From assembly GCA_016789605.1 (NCBI GenBank), contig JAEUQO010000341.1:7751-71750 (forward strand): a DNA stretch of 64,000 nucleotides, in the 5' to 3' direction. Numbering within the stretch: position 1 is the first letter of the stretch; each line of letters opens with the position of its first letter. A program made the position numbers and the translations under genes. Origin of the DNA: Acidobacteriota bacterium. Lineage in GTDB: Bacteria > Acidobacteriota > Blastocatellia > RBC074. Shown here one piece after another: positions 1-9,712 of this stretch. The notes under the pieces were generated by a model. That model did not search any database, was not told where the DNA came from, and saw nothing but the letters and a program-made list of their open reading frames with translations.

Positions 1-2427
1 AGTTATCTGGATTACGCCATGTCGGTCATCATCGGGCGCGCCTTGCCCGATGTCCGTGACGGATTGAAACCCGTGCATCGCCGGATTTTGTACTCGATGC
101 ACGAAAAAGGACTGGTTCCCGGCAAACCGTACAAGAAATCGGCCAACGTGGTCGGTGACGTGCTCGGCGCGTATCACCCACACGGAGACAGCGCCGTGTA
201 TGACGCGATGGTGCGTATGGCGCAGGATTTTTCCTTGCGCTATCCCTTGATTGACGGCCAGGGCAACTGGGGGTCGCTCGATGGCGATAACGCGGCAGCC
301 TATCGTTACACCGAAGCCCGCCTGACGCGCATCGCCACCGAAATGCTGGCGGACATCGAAAAAGAAACCGTCCCCTTTGTGCCCAACTATGACGATTCGC
401 GTCAGGAACCGAGCGTGTTGCCGACGCGGATTCCGAACCTGTTGCTGAACGGCGCGGAAGGCATCGCGGTCGGTATGGCGACCAAGATTCCGCCGCACAA
501 CCTCAACGAACTGGTCGAAGCGACGATCCAGCTGGTTCAACATCCCAACACCAAAACCGAAGAAATTCTGAACATCGTCAAAGGGCCGGATTTCCCAACG
601 GGCGGGTTCATTTATGGCCGCGAAGGCATCAAGCAGGCCTACACGACCGGACGTGGTGTGTTGCAGGTGCGTGCGCGCGCCGCGATTGACAAGATCGGAC
701 GCGGCGCTTCTGAACGCGACGCCATCGTCGTGACCGAAATTCCGTATCAGGTCAACAAATCCAAATTGATCGAACAGATCGCCGATCTGGTCAACGAAAA
801 GCGCATCGAAGGCATTTCTGAAATTCGCGACGAAACGGATCGCGAATCCGCCGCGCAAAAGAAAGTTCGCATCGTCATCGAACTCAAACGCGATGCGATT
901 CCGCAGATTATCTTGAACAAACTGTACAAGATGACGCAGCTGCAGACGTCGTTCGGCATCATCAACCTTTCCATCGTCAACGGTCAGCCCAGAATTCTGA
1001 CCCTGGTGGATACGCTCGCCGAATTCATTTCCTTCCGCCGCGAAGTCGTGCGCAACCGCACGATGTACGAGCTGAAAAAAGCCAAGCTCCGCGCGCACAT
1101 CTTGGAAGGCTTGAAGAAGGCGATTGATATCATTGACGAGATCATCAAACTGATTCGCGCGTCCAAATCCACGGATGACGCCAAACAGGGATTGGTCAAT
1201 AAGTTCAAGTTCTCTGAAATTCAGGCGCAGGCGATTCTGGACATGCAGTTGCGCCGTCTGGCGGCCTTGGAACGGCAAAAGATCATTGATGAATACGAAG
1301 AAGTCATCAAATTGATCGCCGAGCTGGAAGAAATCCTGAACAGCGAAACGGCGTTGCGCCGCGTGATCGTCAAGGAATTGCGCGAAGTGCAAAAAGCCTA
1401 TGCCGACGAACGCCGCACGCAGATCGTGGACAGCGGCGTCGAATTGACGCTGGAAGATTTGATCGCCGACGAAGACGTCGTGATTACGCTGACGCATTCC
1501 GGTTACGTCAAACGCACGGCGCTGACGACGTACAAGTCGCAACGTCGCGGCGGCACGGGCCGCAAAGGCATGAGCACGCGTTCAGAAGACGTGGTCTCGG
1601 ACATTTTTATCGCCTCGACGCACAGTTACCTGATGGTGTTCACCACGCAGGGGCAGGTTTACAAATTGAAGGTGCACGAAATTCCCGACGCAACCGCCGC
1701 GGGCAAAGGCAAAGCCATCGTCAATTTGATCAACCTGCCAGGCACGGAAAAAATCGCGGGCGTGATTCCGGTGCGCGAATTTTCGCAAGGCCAGTTCGCC
1801 GTGATGGTGACGCGCAAAGGCATCATCAAAAAGACCGAGCTGTCGGAATTTGCCAACATTCGTTCCAACGGCATCATCGCGATGGGCGTGGACGAAGGCG
1901 ACGAATTGATTGCCGTCGAACTGACTGACGGCAAGAAAAAAATCTTCCTGGCGACGCACGACGGCATGGCCATCTGCTTTGAAGAGGAAGAAGTGCGCGA
2001 CATGGGACGGCAAGCTCGTGGCGTGCGCGGCATCACGCTCAAGGATGAAGATTATGTGGTCGGCGTCGTGGCCGTAAGCGGAGACGAACAGATTCTGAGC
2101 GTCACCGAAAACGGATTCGGCAAGCAGACGTCATTGCGCGAATACCGCATTCAGTCGCGCGGCGGCAAAGGCGTCATCAACATCAAAACCACCGACCGCA
2201 ACGGCAGTGTGGTGGCGGTGATGCCGGTTAACAAAGAAAGCGAAGTGCTCATCATCACCACGGGCGGCAAACTGATTCGCATCGAAGCTGAAACGATTCG
2301 CGCCACGGGCCGCAGCGCTCAGGGAGTGAAGCTGATTGACGCTTCGGGAGGCGATCTGGTGGCCAGCGCTTCGCTGGTTGAGCAACAAACCGGTCAAGTC
2401 GCCGAAGAAGCAGAAGTTGAGAAGTAG
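1..2427 (+). CDS. gyrA: DNA gyrase subunit A, 5'-truncated by the window edge
   Basis: The frame is open from nt 1 ([31 protein letters not shown]). It has the active-site Tyr region [11 protein letters not shown], the GyrA-box-like [10 protein letters not shown], and C-terminal beta-pinwheel repeats. Stop TAG is at 2425-2427. Confidence 0.97.
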   Translation, partial: SYLDYAMSVIIGRALPDVRDGLKPVHRRILYSMHEKGLVPGKPYKKSANVVGDVLGAYHPHGDSAVYDAMVRMAQDFSLRYPLIDGQGNWGSLDGDNAAAYRYTEARLTRIATEMLADIEKETVPFVPNYDDSRQEPSVLPTRIPNLLLNGAEGIAVGMATKIPPHNLNELVEATIQLVQHPNTKTEEILNIVKGPDFPTGGFIYGREGIKQAYTTGRGVLQVRARAAIDKIGRGASERDAIVVTEIPYQVNKSKLIEQIADLVNEKRIEGISEIRDETDRESAAQKKVRIVIELKRDAIPQIILNKLYKMTQLQTSFGIINLSIVNGQPRILTLVDTLAEFISFRREVVRNRTMYELKKAKLRAHILEGLKKAIDIIDEIIKLIRASKSTDDAKQGLVNKFKFSEIQAQAILDMQLRRLAALERQKIIDEYEEVIKLIAELEEILNSETALRRVIVKELREVQKAYADERRTQIVDSGVELTLEDLIADEDVVITLTHSGYVKRTALTTYKSQRRGGTGRKGMSTRSEDVVSDIFIASTHSYLMVFTTQGQVYKLKVHEIPDATAAGKGKAIVNLINLPGTEKIAGVIPVREFSQGQFAVMVTRKGIIKKTELSEFANIRSNGIIAMGVDEGDELIAVELTDGKKKIFLATHDGMAICFEEEEVRDMGRQARGVRGITLKDEDYVVGVVAVSGDEQILSVTENGFGKQTSLREYRIQSRGGKGVINIKTTDRNGSVVAVMPVNKESEVLIITTGGKLIRIEAETIRATGRSAQGVKLIDASGGDLVASASLVEQQTGQVAEEAEVEK

Positions 2428-2431
2428 TCAC

Positions 2432-3304
2432 ATGCTGCAAGAGAAACAACAAAAGACGGAGGCCAAAAGTCAAAATTCGCTGCATCGGTTAAGGCGTTTT
2501 TGCCTTTTGCCTTTTGCCTTTTGCCTTTTGTTTTTGCCGGTCGCCTGTTCGCGACGGGCACAGCTTGACCAGGCGCAGACAGCTTGGGATGGCGGAGATT
2601 ATGCGGGCGCAGCGGATCGTTACGAGGAATTTCTCAAAGACAATCCGCAAAGCGATAAAGCGGCGTTTGCCCGGTTTCAGGTCGCGACGGTCTGTCGTCG
2701 CGACCTGAAACAATTTGATCGCGCCATTCAGCATTACATTCACTTCATCGAGGATTTTCCCAAAGCCCCGGAAATCTATCAGGCGCGCCTTTCGCTGGCG
2801 GAATGTTACGCGGCAACGAAAAACTTCCGCGAAGCCATCGCCGAGTATGAAAACGCGTTGCCCTTGGCCGGCGACGACAAGGAAAAACGACGAGTGCGGC
2901 TGAAAATCGCCGATGCGTATTACGACGCAAAAGACCTTGGCCAGGCCATCGCCGAGTATCAAAAAGTGGTCAAGGATGTTCCCTATGACGAACTGTGCGA
3001 ACTGGCGTATTTGCAGATGGGTGGCATTCGTCTATTGCGCAACGAATACGAAGACGCCGTGCCTTCGTATCAGTTGGTCGCGCAAAATACCCAGGACGCG
3101 ACTTTGCGCCGGATGGCGCGTTATCGTCTGACGGATTGTTACGAACGCATGTTCCAGTACGATCAAGCGGTGCAAACGCTGGAAGGCACGGAACCTGACC
3201 CGAAAGACGCGAACTACATTCCACAGCGCATCGCCAGCATTCGCGAATTGCAACGTCAGCGCAATCTGACCGCGCCCGCCACCTTTGGCAGGCCCCGCAA
3301 GTAA
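2432..3304 (+). CDS. TPR-repeat putative lipoprotein (BamD/YbgF-like)
   Basis: ATG 2432 lies 4 nt after the gyrA stop, in frame with track ORF 2336..3304, whose first 32 codons overlap gyrA. It has a hydrophobic signal ending LFLPVAC (lipobox-like), followed by TPR-like helices (YQARLSLAECYAATKNFREAIAEYE). Confidence 0.7.
   Translation: MLQEKQQKTEAKSQNSLHRLRRFCLLPFAFCLLFLPVACSRRAQLDQAQTAWDGGDYAGAADRYEEFLKDNPQSDKAAFARFQVATVCRRDLKQFDRAIQHYIHFIEDFPKAPEIYQARLSLAECYAATKNFREAIAEYENALPLAGDDKEKRRVRLKIADAYYDAKDLGQAIAEYQKVVKDVPYDELCELAYLQMGGIRLLRNEYEDAVPSYQLVAQNTQDATLRRMARYRLTDCYERMFQYDQAVQTLEGTEPDPKDANYIPQRIASIRELQRQRNLTAPATFGRPRK
2497..2538 (+). repeat. Tandem heptanucleotide repeat (TTTTGCC)n inside the signal-peptide coding region
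   Basis: Read directly: gTTTTTGCC TTTTGCC TTTTGCC TTTTGCC TTTTG TTTTTGCC. It encodes FCLLPFAFCLLFLP. Confidence 0.9.
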
Positions 3305-3417
3305 CACAGGCTGCCCCAGACTGGTGTTTCCCGGCGCAGTTCAGGCAGCCGCGCTCTTTGGCTGCCGCGCAACCACTCAGCTTTTACTGACCCGTTCCTG
3401 AAAAAGGAGGCCGCACG

Positions 3418-4323
3418 ATGGGAGACGAAAATTTCAGTTTCAGTTTTGAAATGCCAGCTGCCGATCGCCGCGCGCTGTTGGCCGAAGCTGCCGAATTGAT
3501 TGATTTGGACGCGGCGCATTTGGGCAGTGGCGGAACACGGCGCGGTCCTACCCGTGATGGCGGCGGACTGGGCGACGATGTGCGCGATGCGTTGGATGAA
3601 GACGCGCGTCTGGCGGCCAGCCCCGATGTTTATAAAATCACCGAACAAGATTACCTGGCGCGTTCGCTGGCGGTGCCGGTTCGTTTTGCCGATCTGACGC
3701 GCGATTTCGATTTTTACTGGGTGCGCTTTCCGGTCGGTTTGCAGCCGCGTCATCACTGGTCGTTCAACATGATCGAAGTCCGCATCGAATTTAATGCGGA
3801 TGAAGCCGCCGGTCATTTGCGCCCCAAAGCCTGGCAAATTCTGCCGAACAAAAAGTTCCAGACGATGCTCAAAGCCGATCAGCATCTGGAATTGCGTCTG
3901 GATGAGAATTTCGAGTTTGCCGCGCAATCGGGTGAACTGAGCGGGCGCGCAGGCAAAATTGACATCGGCGTGGAATCTGTCGCCAATGCGGGCGCGGGCG
4001 TTGTCCTGGGGCCATTCAATTACCAGATCAAACGCGCCCAGATCGAACACAACGCGCCGGGTATGGAATGGGTGTTTTGGCGGTTGGATGGCGCGGAATT
4101 TTTCCAGGAAGACAGCCCGGAATTGGTCGTCATCGCTCAGGTTCCCAAAGTGACCAAAACCGTCAAAATCAACGCGGTCTTGCAAGCGTATCGCAGCTTC
4201 AATTTGTGGAGCGCCAGCTTACAACGCGTGATCGGCAACCTGCCGCAAATGTTTCGCAATTACTTCAAAGGCGGCGCTCCGTTGCGTGACGAAAAGGTCT
4301 GGGATATTTCCACGCGTCTGTAA
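3418..4323 (+). CDS. Hypothetical protein with an acidic N-terminus and a beta-rich body, first gene of the CHAT/FlhA-C cassette
   Basis: AAGGAGG lies 8 nt upstream of ATG 3418. The 301 codons contain no Cys. The first ~70 aa are D/E/A/R/G-rich, and the remainder shows alternating hydrophobic beta-like patterns (FNMIEVRIEFNAD, IDIGVESVANAGAGVVLGPFNYQIKRAQIE). I recognise no family. Confidence 0.7.
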   Translation: MGDENFSFSFEMPAADRRALLAEAAELIDLDAAHLGSGGTRRGPTRDGGGLGDDVRDALDEDARLAASPDVYKITEQDYLARSLAVPVRFADLTRDFDFYWVRFPVGLQPRHHWSFNMIEVRIEFNADEAAGHLRPKAWQILPNKKFQTMLKADQHLELRLDENFEFAAQSGELSGRAGKIDIGVESVANAGAGVVLGPFNYQIKRAQIEHNAPGMEWVFWRLDGAEFFQEDSPELVVIAQVPKVTKTVKINAVLQAYRSFNLWSASLQRVIGNLPQMFRNYFKGGAPLRDEKVWDISTRL

Positions 4324-4370
4324 TCCGCGTCTGTTCTGTCGCGCCTGCTCAGGGCCGTGACTGCAAGCCA

Positions 4371-5921
4371 ATGTCCAACCCAAATCGCGAATTTAAGATC
4401 AGGATTCTCAACGATGGTTCGATCGAAGCCACCGAAGGGGTCAAGGTCTATCGCGCGCAATTGCAACTCGATCCGGTGCGCAGGCAAACCATCGAAGTGC
4501 TGGTGGATATGCTACGCGAAAGCCGCTTGCGCAAACCGCAGGAGTTTCGCGCGCTGGGCGAAAACCTCTATGACTGTTTGCTGGGCAACGACATCGGCAA
4601 ACACCTGAATCAGGCCATCAACAATCGCGAAATTGAATTTCTGCGGGTGGTTCTGGATTTCGGCGAAAAGCAGCAAGCGCTGGCAAGTTGGCCGTGGGAG
4701 TATCTGTATTGCCCATTGCAATTCGGTGTGGGCGGTACGGGCTACTTTCTCGCGACCAAAACGCGGCTGGTGTTGATGCGCGTCTTGCACCTTGACCTTG
4801 ACCCGGTGCCGCTCGAAGTCAAAGACCTGCCGCTGCGCGTGTTGTTCGTGGCTTCCAGTCCTGATGCCGCCGCCGAAAACGAAGAGAAACTGGATGAGGT
4901 TTTGTTCGAGCGATTGCTCGAAGAGTTGACTCAGCTCAAAGACGAAAGCGCAGGCAAAATTGATTTGTTGCCGTTGACCTGGTCGCGGCGTCGCCACGTC
5001 AAACCCGAAGAGCGCGAGCGGATGATCGTTACCAAACGGAATTTCCGCAGCGCATTGCTCAAATTCAATCCGCACGTCATTCACTTCATCGGCCACGGCA
5101 TTTGTAATGAACATGGCGGGCAATTGGCCTTGATGGCAGAAGACGGCACGCCGCATTGGTTGGATGGCGAAGCATTCGTCAATCTGCTCGAAGTCGCGCG
5201 CGATTTGCGGTTGGTCTTTTTGCACGCGTGCGAAAGCGCCCTGGCCGATCCATATCAAGCGGTGTCCAGCGTGGCGATGCGTTTGGCGCATAGCAATATT
5301 CCCGCCGTTGTGGCCATGCAATACAAGGTCGAGCAGGGCATTGCCAGCATCTTTGCCCGCAAGTTTTATCGCGCGTTGGCCGAAGCCAACTCGATTGATC
5401 TGGCTGTGCAAATCGGTCGTAACGAAATCGCGGATCAAGTCGAATCGTTGGCACAGAATTACGCGTTCGGATTGCCGGTGTTGTATTTGCGCGAACCCGG
5501 AACGTTGTTTCGTTTGAACGGTGCGCAGGTCGCCGACGGTCCGCCGTTGCCCAAACCGGCAGCGGGAGGCGCTTCATTGTCCGACGTGCGCGGCACAGCG
5601 GGGGACAATGCCGCACAGGTGATTTGCGACCGGTGCAACAACCCCAATCCGCCGGGACAACCGTTTTGCGACAATTGCGGGAATTCATTGGTGGTTGTGC
5701 CGCGCCTTTGCGCGCAGTGTAAACAGCCGCTGAAACCCAAGGCAAAATTCTGTGGCAATTGCGGCGCGCCCAGTGAAAACGCTACGCGCACTGGCGGGCT
5801 GTCTGCGGCGCCTCCAGCATCCACCACACCAATGCCAGCTTCGACGTCAGAGGCTGGCGGCTTCGATGACAGCCTGCGCATTTGGGGCGCGCGCCAATGG
5901 CAACAACCGGATAAATCATGA
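4371..5921 (+). CDS. CHAT-domain (caspase-like, clan CD) peptidase with C-terminal double zinc ribbon
   Basis: The His/Cys dyad context is typical of CHAT: VIHFIGHG (about nt 5080-5100) and LVFLHACES (about nt 5215-5240). The C-terminus has CDRCNNPNPPGQPFCDNCG and CAQCKQPLKPKAKFCGNCG (two CxxC...CxxC ribbons), then a P/A/S/T-rich tail. Its stop overlaps the next start (ATGA at 5918-5921). Confidence 0.85.
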   Translation: MSNPNREFKIRILNDGSIEATEGVKVYRAQLQLDPVRRQTIEVLVDMLRESRLRKPQEFRALGENLYDCLLGNDIGKHLNQAINNREIEFLRVVLDFGEKQQALASWPWEYLYCPLQFGVGGTGYFLATKTRLVLMRVLHLDLDPVPLEVKDLPLRVLFVASSPDAAAENEEKLDEVLFERLLEELTQLKDESAGKIDLLPLTWSRRRHVKPEERERMIVTKRNFRSALLKFNPHVIHFIGHGICNEHGGQLALMAEDGTPHWLDGEAFVNLLEVARDLRLVFLHACESALADPYQAVSSVAMRLAHSNIPAVVAMQYKVEQGIASIFARKFYRALAEANSIDLAVQIGRNEIADQVESLAQNYAFGLPVLYLREPGTLFRLNGAQVADGPPLPKPAAGGASLSDVRGTAGDNAAQVICDRCNNPNPPGQPFCDNCGNSLVVVPRLCAQCKQPLKPKAKFCGNCGAPSENATRTGGLSAAPPASTTPMPASTSEAGGFDDSLRIWGARQWQQPDKS

Positions 5922-8900
5922 GTACGCCTGCCATCCTTCTTGATCTGCAGCAAGCGCAGCCGTTGCGCCAGCTTTATTATGAGCTGGCGCGCACGTTGCT
6001 GGCGCAAGGGCGTGCGGCTGAGGCGGGCGAATTTGCGCAAAAGGCGTGGCGCGAACCGGGCACGATACCGCCCGACTGGACATTGCGTTACATCGAAGCG
6101 CTTTCAGCGCAGGCGCGCCAAGATGCGAGCGCTGCGTTGCGCGCCTTGCTGGACGTGGCAAAACTGGCCCCAGAGCACATTGCTGAGGTTTTACCGCCTG
6201 CACGAACATTGCTAACCAAACACGTCGCGGGGCTAGAACCCAGTTGGCTGCATAGTGAATTGACGGCCTTGCTGGCGCAGGATGGTTTGTCCGTTGTCAG
6301 TCGCGCTGAGGTGTTGTTCCTCTTAGGCCAAGTTCAGGCCTTCACGGGTGATTGGGCGCAAGCGCGTGCGTCTTTAGAACAAGCGCGCATCCTGACGCCG
6401 GACAACATACAAATTCTGGAAAGTCTGGCGGAAGTGTTGCAGCAAGCGGGCGAGACTGAGCCAGCGGTCGCAACCTTGCGCGAAGCGTTGGCTAAATCCG
6501 GCGCTGCGACAACACAAAGCTTGCGCCTGAAAGTGTCTCTTGCCCGCACCCTGCTCGTGCAACAACGTTACGACGATGCGCTCGCCGAACTTGCCGACGA
6601 AGATGCCTCTGCCGAGCTGGCCTTGTTGCGCGGACAGGTTTTGCTGGCCAAAGGGCAATGGCGCGCAGCACTGGTCGCTGCCGAAAACGTATTGCAAAAC
6701 GCGCCAGAAACGCTTGCAGCACACCTGCTGAAAATTCAGGCGTTGCTGGGGCTACATTGTTATAAGCAAGCCAACAGCGCCATTACGCTGGCGCTGCGCT
6801 ATGACCCGTCTAACGCCGACCTGACCTTTTTCAAAGTACAAGCACTGGTCGAAGGCCAAACCGATCTGGCACACGCCGAACGGTTATTGGCCGATTATTG
6901 CGAAGATGCAGGCCTGGCTGGATTGCGCGCACAACTGATGGCTCCGGCGTTGCTGGCGCGTCAGGCAGACGGCAACGCGCGTTACTTTCAGGCGCAGGTG
7001 TATTGCTGGCGTTCTGCGGACTGGCCGCCTGCCCAGGCGTTGCAGGAAGTCGAAGCGGCGCTTGATCTGGGCCTGAGTGCGGATGCGGACGCCGAAGCGG
7101 AAACGAATCCGGCGGGCGCTGCCTGGGAACTGAAAGGAAAAATCCTCGCCGCCGAGGCTCAAAACATAGCAGCGGCACAAGCCTTTTTTGAGGCGGGGCG
7201 TTCAGCCTATTGGGATGGGGAGTACAAACGCGCGCAGGGATTGTTTCAGCAAGCACATTCCTTGGATGTCGCTGTACAGGAAGTGTATTGGTACCTGGCC
7301 GATTGTTTCTATTTGCTCGCGGCCAGTCAGGTACCGCCGTATTACACCGAAGCGGAATTGCAGCAGGCGCTGACTTGGTGGCAGCGCGGACAAGCATTGG
7401 GCCAGCCTGATGCGGCAACGTCCTGGGCCTTCATCACGCGCGGACGCATCAACAGCGGCTTTGCCCGTCTGGTTGGTTACGACCCCATGGCCTTGCAATG
7501 GGAAGCCACGCTCTATCTGGAACGCGCGATTTTACTGAACGATGAAGAAGAAAATCGCTGGGCTGATTTGGCCATTCTCTGCCGCGATTTGTTGTTGGAT
7601 AACGTTGGCTTGCACGCGGCTGACCGCGCATTGCACATCAATCCAGATTCGCTGTTTGCGTTGGAAACGCGCGCAGCCGCCTTGTTGAATTTGGGCCGGG
7701 ATGAGGAATCAGACATCGCTTTGGCGGAATTGCGCAAACGTGCGCCGGGCCCTGTCTATGATAGTTGGTTGGCGATCATTCGGTTTTATCAGCGGAATTA
7801 CGAGGCGGCGATTGAACTGCTGAATGAAAGCGTCGAAGAAGACAATTTGTGGGCGCGTGCGCAACGTGCCAGTTGTTTTTTGTGTCTGGAACGGCTGGAA
7901 GATGCGCACAACGATTTTGCCTGGATTTGGGAGCGTCGCACCGATCCCGCTTATGCCACCAACGAAAACAGTTTTCCCTGGGCGGCGTTTTGGTTGGGAT
8001 TGCTCGACGAAGCACGCGCGCGCTACGACGCGTTGCTCGCCAAACCTGAAGAAGCGCTCAACGCCCAGCTCAAACTTTGTTTCTGCGAACTGGCTGCGGG
8101 CCGTTTGCCTGAAGCGCGTGCGCATTGGAGCGCCGGGTTGGCATTGGCCAAAAGCGCGCGCGATTTCGATTTTGAAGAGGTGTTGCTCGCGCAACTGGAA
8201 ACGCTTGCCGCGCGGGAACAATGGCCGCACGCGGCTGCGGTGTCCGCGTTGATCCACGGCGAAGATGGGTTGCTGGCAATGGCCGTTGCGCGCCGTACAG
8301 AGTTATTGCGCCAGCCGTTCACCGCGCGCCGTGAATTGGAACGCTGGTTGACGTTGCCACAGGCTCCCGCGCCGGGCAGCGACGCCTGGCTTGCGGTACA
8401 CGCTGAACTGGGCCGGTTCTGCCACGAAGAAGGTGATTGGTTGGCAGCGTTTGAAGCATACAGCGTGTTGTTGCCTTATGCCGAAAAAATCCCCGAAGCG
8501 CATCTGGGGCTGGAAAAAACTTGCGCAAGTTTGACGCCCGCGGATTACTGGCAACTGCGCGACCATTTGTCTGAGATGTTTGCTCGCACGGGAGCGTCCG
8601 TACAGGTGCAAGCCACCGTTCGCACAGCCCTGGAAACGGTTTTGCCCAGCGCCTATCGCCTGGCTGCGGCGCAAGATTGGTGGCCAATGGTCACGCCGCT
8701 TGCTGTTGAACTCAGTCCCAAGCTGGTTCCCGAAGACACCAGTGCGGAATGGGTGTTGTTCAAAACCTACATTCCGGAAATGCGTGCCCGCTTGCAGCAG
8801 GAGATGGGCCTGATCGTGCCGAGCGTCCGTGTGCGCGTCAACGAAGGTGATTTGCCTGAGGATGGCTACCTTATTCTGTTGCACGACGTTCCTGTGGTGA

Positions 8901-9712
8901 TGGGAGCGTTGCCATCGGGCCGCGCATTTTGTCCTGCGCCAATTGCGCAACTGCGCGCGCTGGGCATTCCCGATACCGCTTTGCTGGCAGCGACACATCC
9001 CGATGGCGTGACGCCAGGATGCTGGGTTGAATCGTCGTTTGTCGGCCTGATTCAGGCGCAAGGCATGACGGTCTGGCCTGACGAATGGGCGTTTCTGGTG
9101 CAACACCTCGAAGCGCTGTTGCGCGTCGCCTTGGCAGAGTTTTTGGGCGAACAGGAAGTCGCGGATTGGCTGACGCGTCAGGCACAGTCTGGTGTAAGCG
9201 CTGAGCTGATTGCCGCCGCCATTCCTGATGATTTGCGCCGGTTGCGACTGGGTCGCGTCTTGCGCGCCTTGTTGGCCGAACAAGTTTCGATTGCCGATGG
9301 GCAGGCGATTTTGACTGCGGTGCGCGAGGTCGGTTTGCCGCAAGACGACGTGCAATCGGTGGTCAGTGCTGTGCGGTTGCGTCTGAAAGCGATGTTGCCG
9401 GGCAATCGTCCGACGGATGAATTGATTACGGTTCCGCCAGCCCTCGAGCAATCCATTCCCCCGTATTTGAGCGCACACGGCGGAAAACTATATCTGACCG
9501 TTCCGCCCACGCAGACGCAGGAACTGCTGGCCGAATTTCGCTCGCTGTTAGAGACAGACGGACCCGGCAAAGTGTTGGTTGTGAACGATACGGTTGTGCG
9601 CCCGTTTGTGCGCCGTTTGCTCGAAGTCGAATTTCCACAAGTCATGGTTGTTGCACAGGCTGAGCTGTTGCCTCGCGCGACAGCCGTTGAGAGAGTTCGG
9701 GAACACCGTTGA
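5918..9712 (+). CDS. Large TPR-repeat protein with a C-terminal FlhA/FHIPEP cytoplasmic (FlhA_C-like) domain and no membrane domain
   Basis: About 900 aa of TPR-like helical repeats are followed by aa ~929-1264 (nt ~8700-9709), which align by eye along the whole Salmonella FlhA_C. Matches are EMGLIVPSVRVRVNEGDLPEDGYLILLHDVPVVMG vs DMGFLPPVVHIRDNMDLQPARYRILMKGVEIGSG, LGRVLRALLAEQVSIADGQAILTAV vs LHKVLQNLLAEKVPIRDMRTILETL, and VLVVNDTVVRPFVRRLLEVEFPQVMVVAQAEL vs VLLVNHALRPLLSRFLRRSLPQLVVLSNLEL. I saw no hydrophobic TM segments. Confidence 0.85.
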   Translation: MSTPAILLDLQQAQPLRQLYYELARTLLAQGRAAEAGEFAQKAWREPGTIPPDWTLRYIEALSAQARQDASAALRALLDVAKLAPEHIAEVLPPARTLLTKHVAGLEPSWLHSELTALLAQDGLSVVSRAEVLFLLGQVQAFTGDWAQARASLEQARILTPDNIQILESLAEVLQQAGETEPAVATLREALAKSGAATTQSLRLKVSLARTLLVQQRYDDALAELADEDASAELALLRGQVLLAKGQWRAALVAAENVLQNAPETLAAHLLKIQALLGLHCYKQANSAITLALRYDPSNADLTFFKVQALVEGQTDLAHAERLLADYCEDAGLAGLRAQLMAPALLARQADGNARYFQAQVYCWRSADWPPAQALQEVEAALDLGLSADADAEAETNPAGAAWELKGKILAAEAQNIAAAQAFFEAGRSAYWDGEYKRAQGLFQQAHSLDVAVQEVYWYLADCFYLLAASQVPPYYTEAELQQALTWWQRGQALGQPDAATSWAFITRGRINSGFARLVGYDPMALQWEATLYLERAILLNDEEENRWADLAILCRDLLLDNVGLHAADRALHINPDSLFALETRAAALLNLGRDEESDIALAELRKRAPGPVYDSWLAIIRFYQRNYEAAIELLNESVEEDNLWARAQRASCFLCLERLEDAHNDFAWIWERRTDPAYATNENSFPWAAFWLGLLDEARARYDALLAKPEEALNAQLKLCFCELAAGRLPEARAHWSAGLALAKSARDFDFEEVLLAQLETLAAREQWPHAAAVSALIHGEDGLLAMAVARRTELLRQPFTARRELERWLTLPQAPAPGSDAWLAVHAELGRFCHEEGDWLAAFEAYSVLLPYAEKIPEAHLGLEKTCASLTPADYWQLRDHLSEMFARTGASVQVQATVRTALETVLPSAYRLAAAQDWWPMVTPLAVELSPKLVPEDTSAEWVLFKTYIPEMRARLQQEMGLIVPSVRVRVNEGDLPEDGYLILLHDVPVVMGALPSGRAFCPAPIAQLRALGIPDTALLAATHPDGVTPGCWVESSFVGLIQAQGMTVWPDEWAFLVQHLEALLRVALAEFLGEQEVADWLTRQAQSGVSAELIAAAIPDDLRRLRLGRVLRALLAEQVSIADGQAILTAVREVGLPQDDVQSVVSAVRLRLKAMLPGNRPTDELITVPPALEQSIPPYLSAHGGKLYLTVPPTQTQELLAEFRSLLETDGPGKVLVVNDTVVRPFVRRLLEVEFPQVMVVAQAELLPRATAVERVREHR

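Noticed and set aside
2336-2431. N-terminal extension of the TPR lipoprotein ORF (track start 2336) overlapping the last 92 nt of gyrA.
   Set aside because: The extension is the gyrA 3' end read in another frame. ATG 2432, just after the gyrA stop, gives a sensible signal peptide.
3418-4323. Calling the 301-aa protein a bacterial gasdermin.
   Set aside because: The context (next to a caspase-like protease) fits. However, the protein has no cysteine at all, whereas bacterial gasdermins typically have a conserved palmitoylated N-terminal Cys. It also has a long acidic disordered N-terminus, and I cannot see gasdermin sequence motifs. I keep it only as a functional analogy to be tested.
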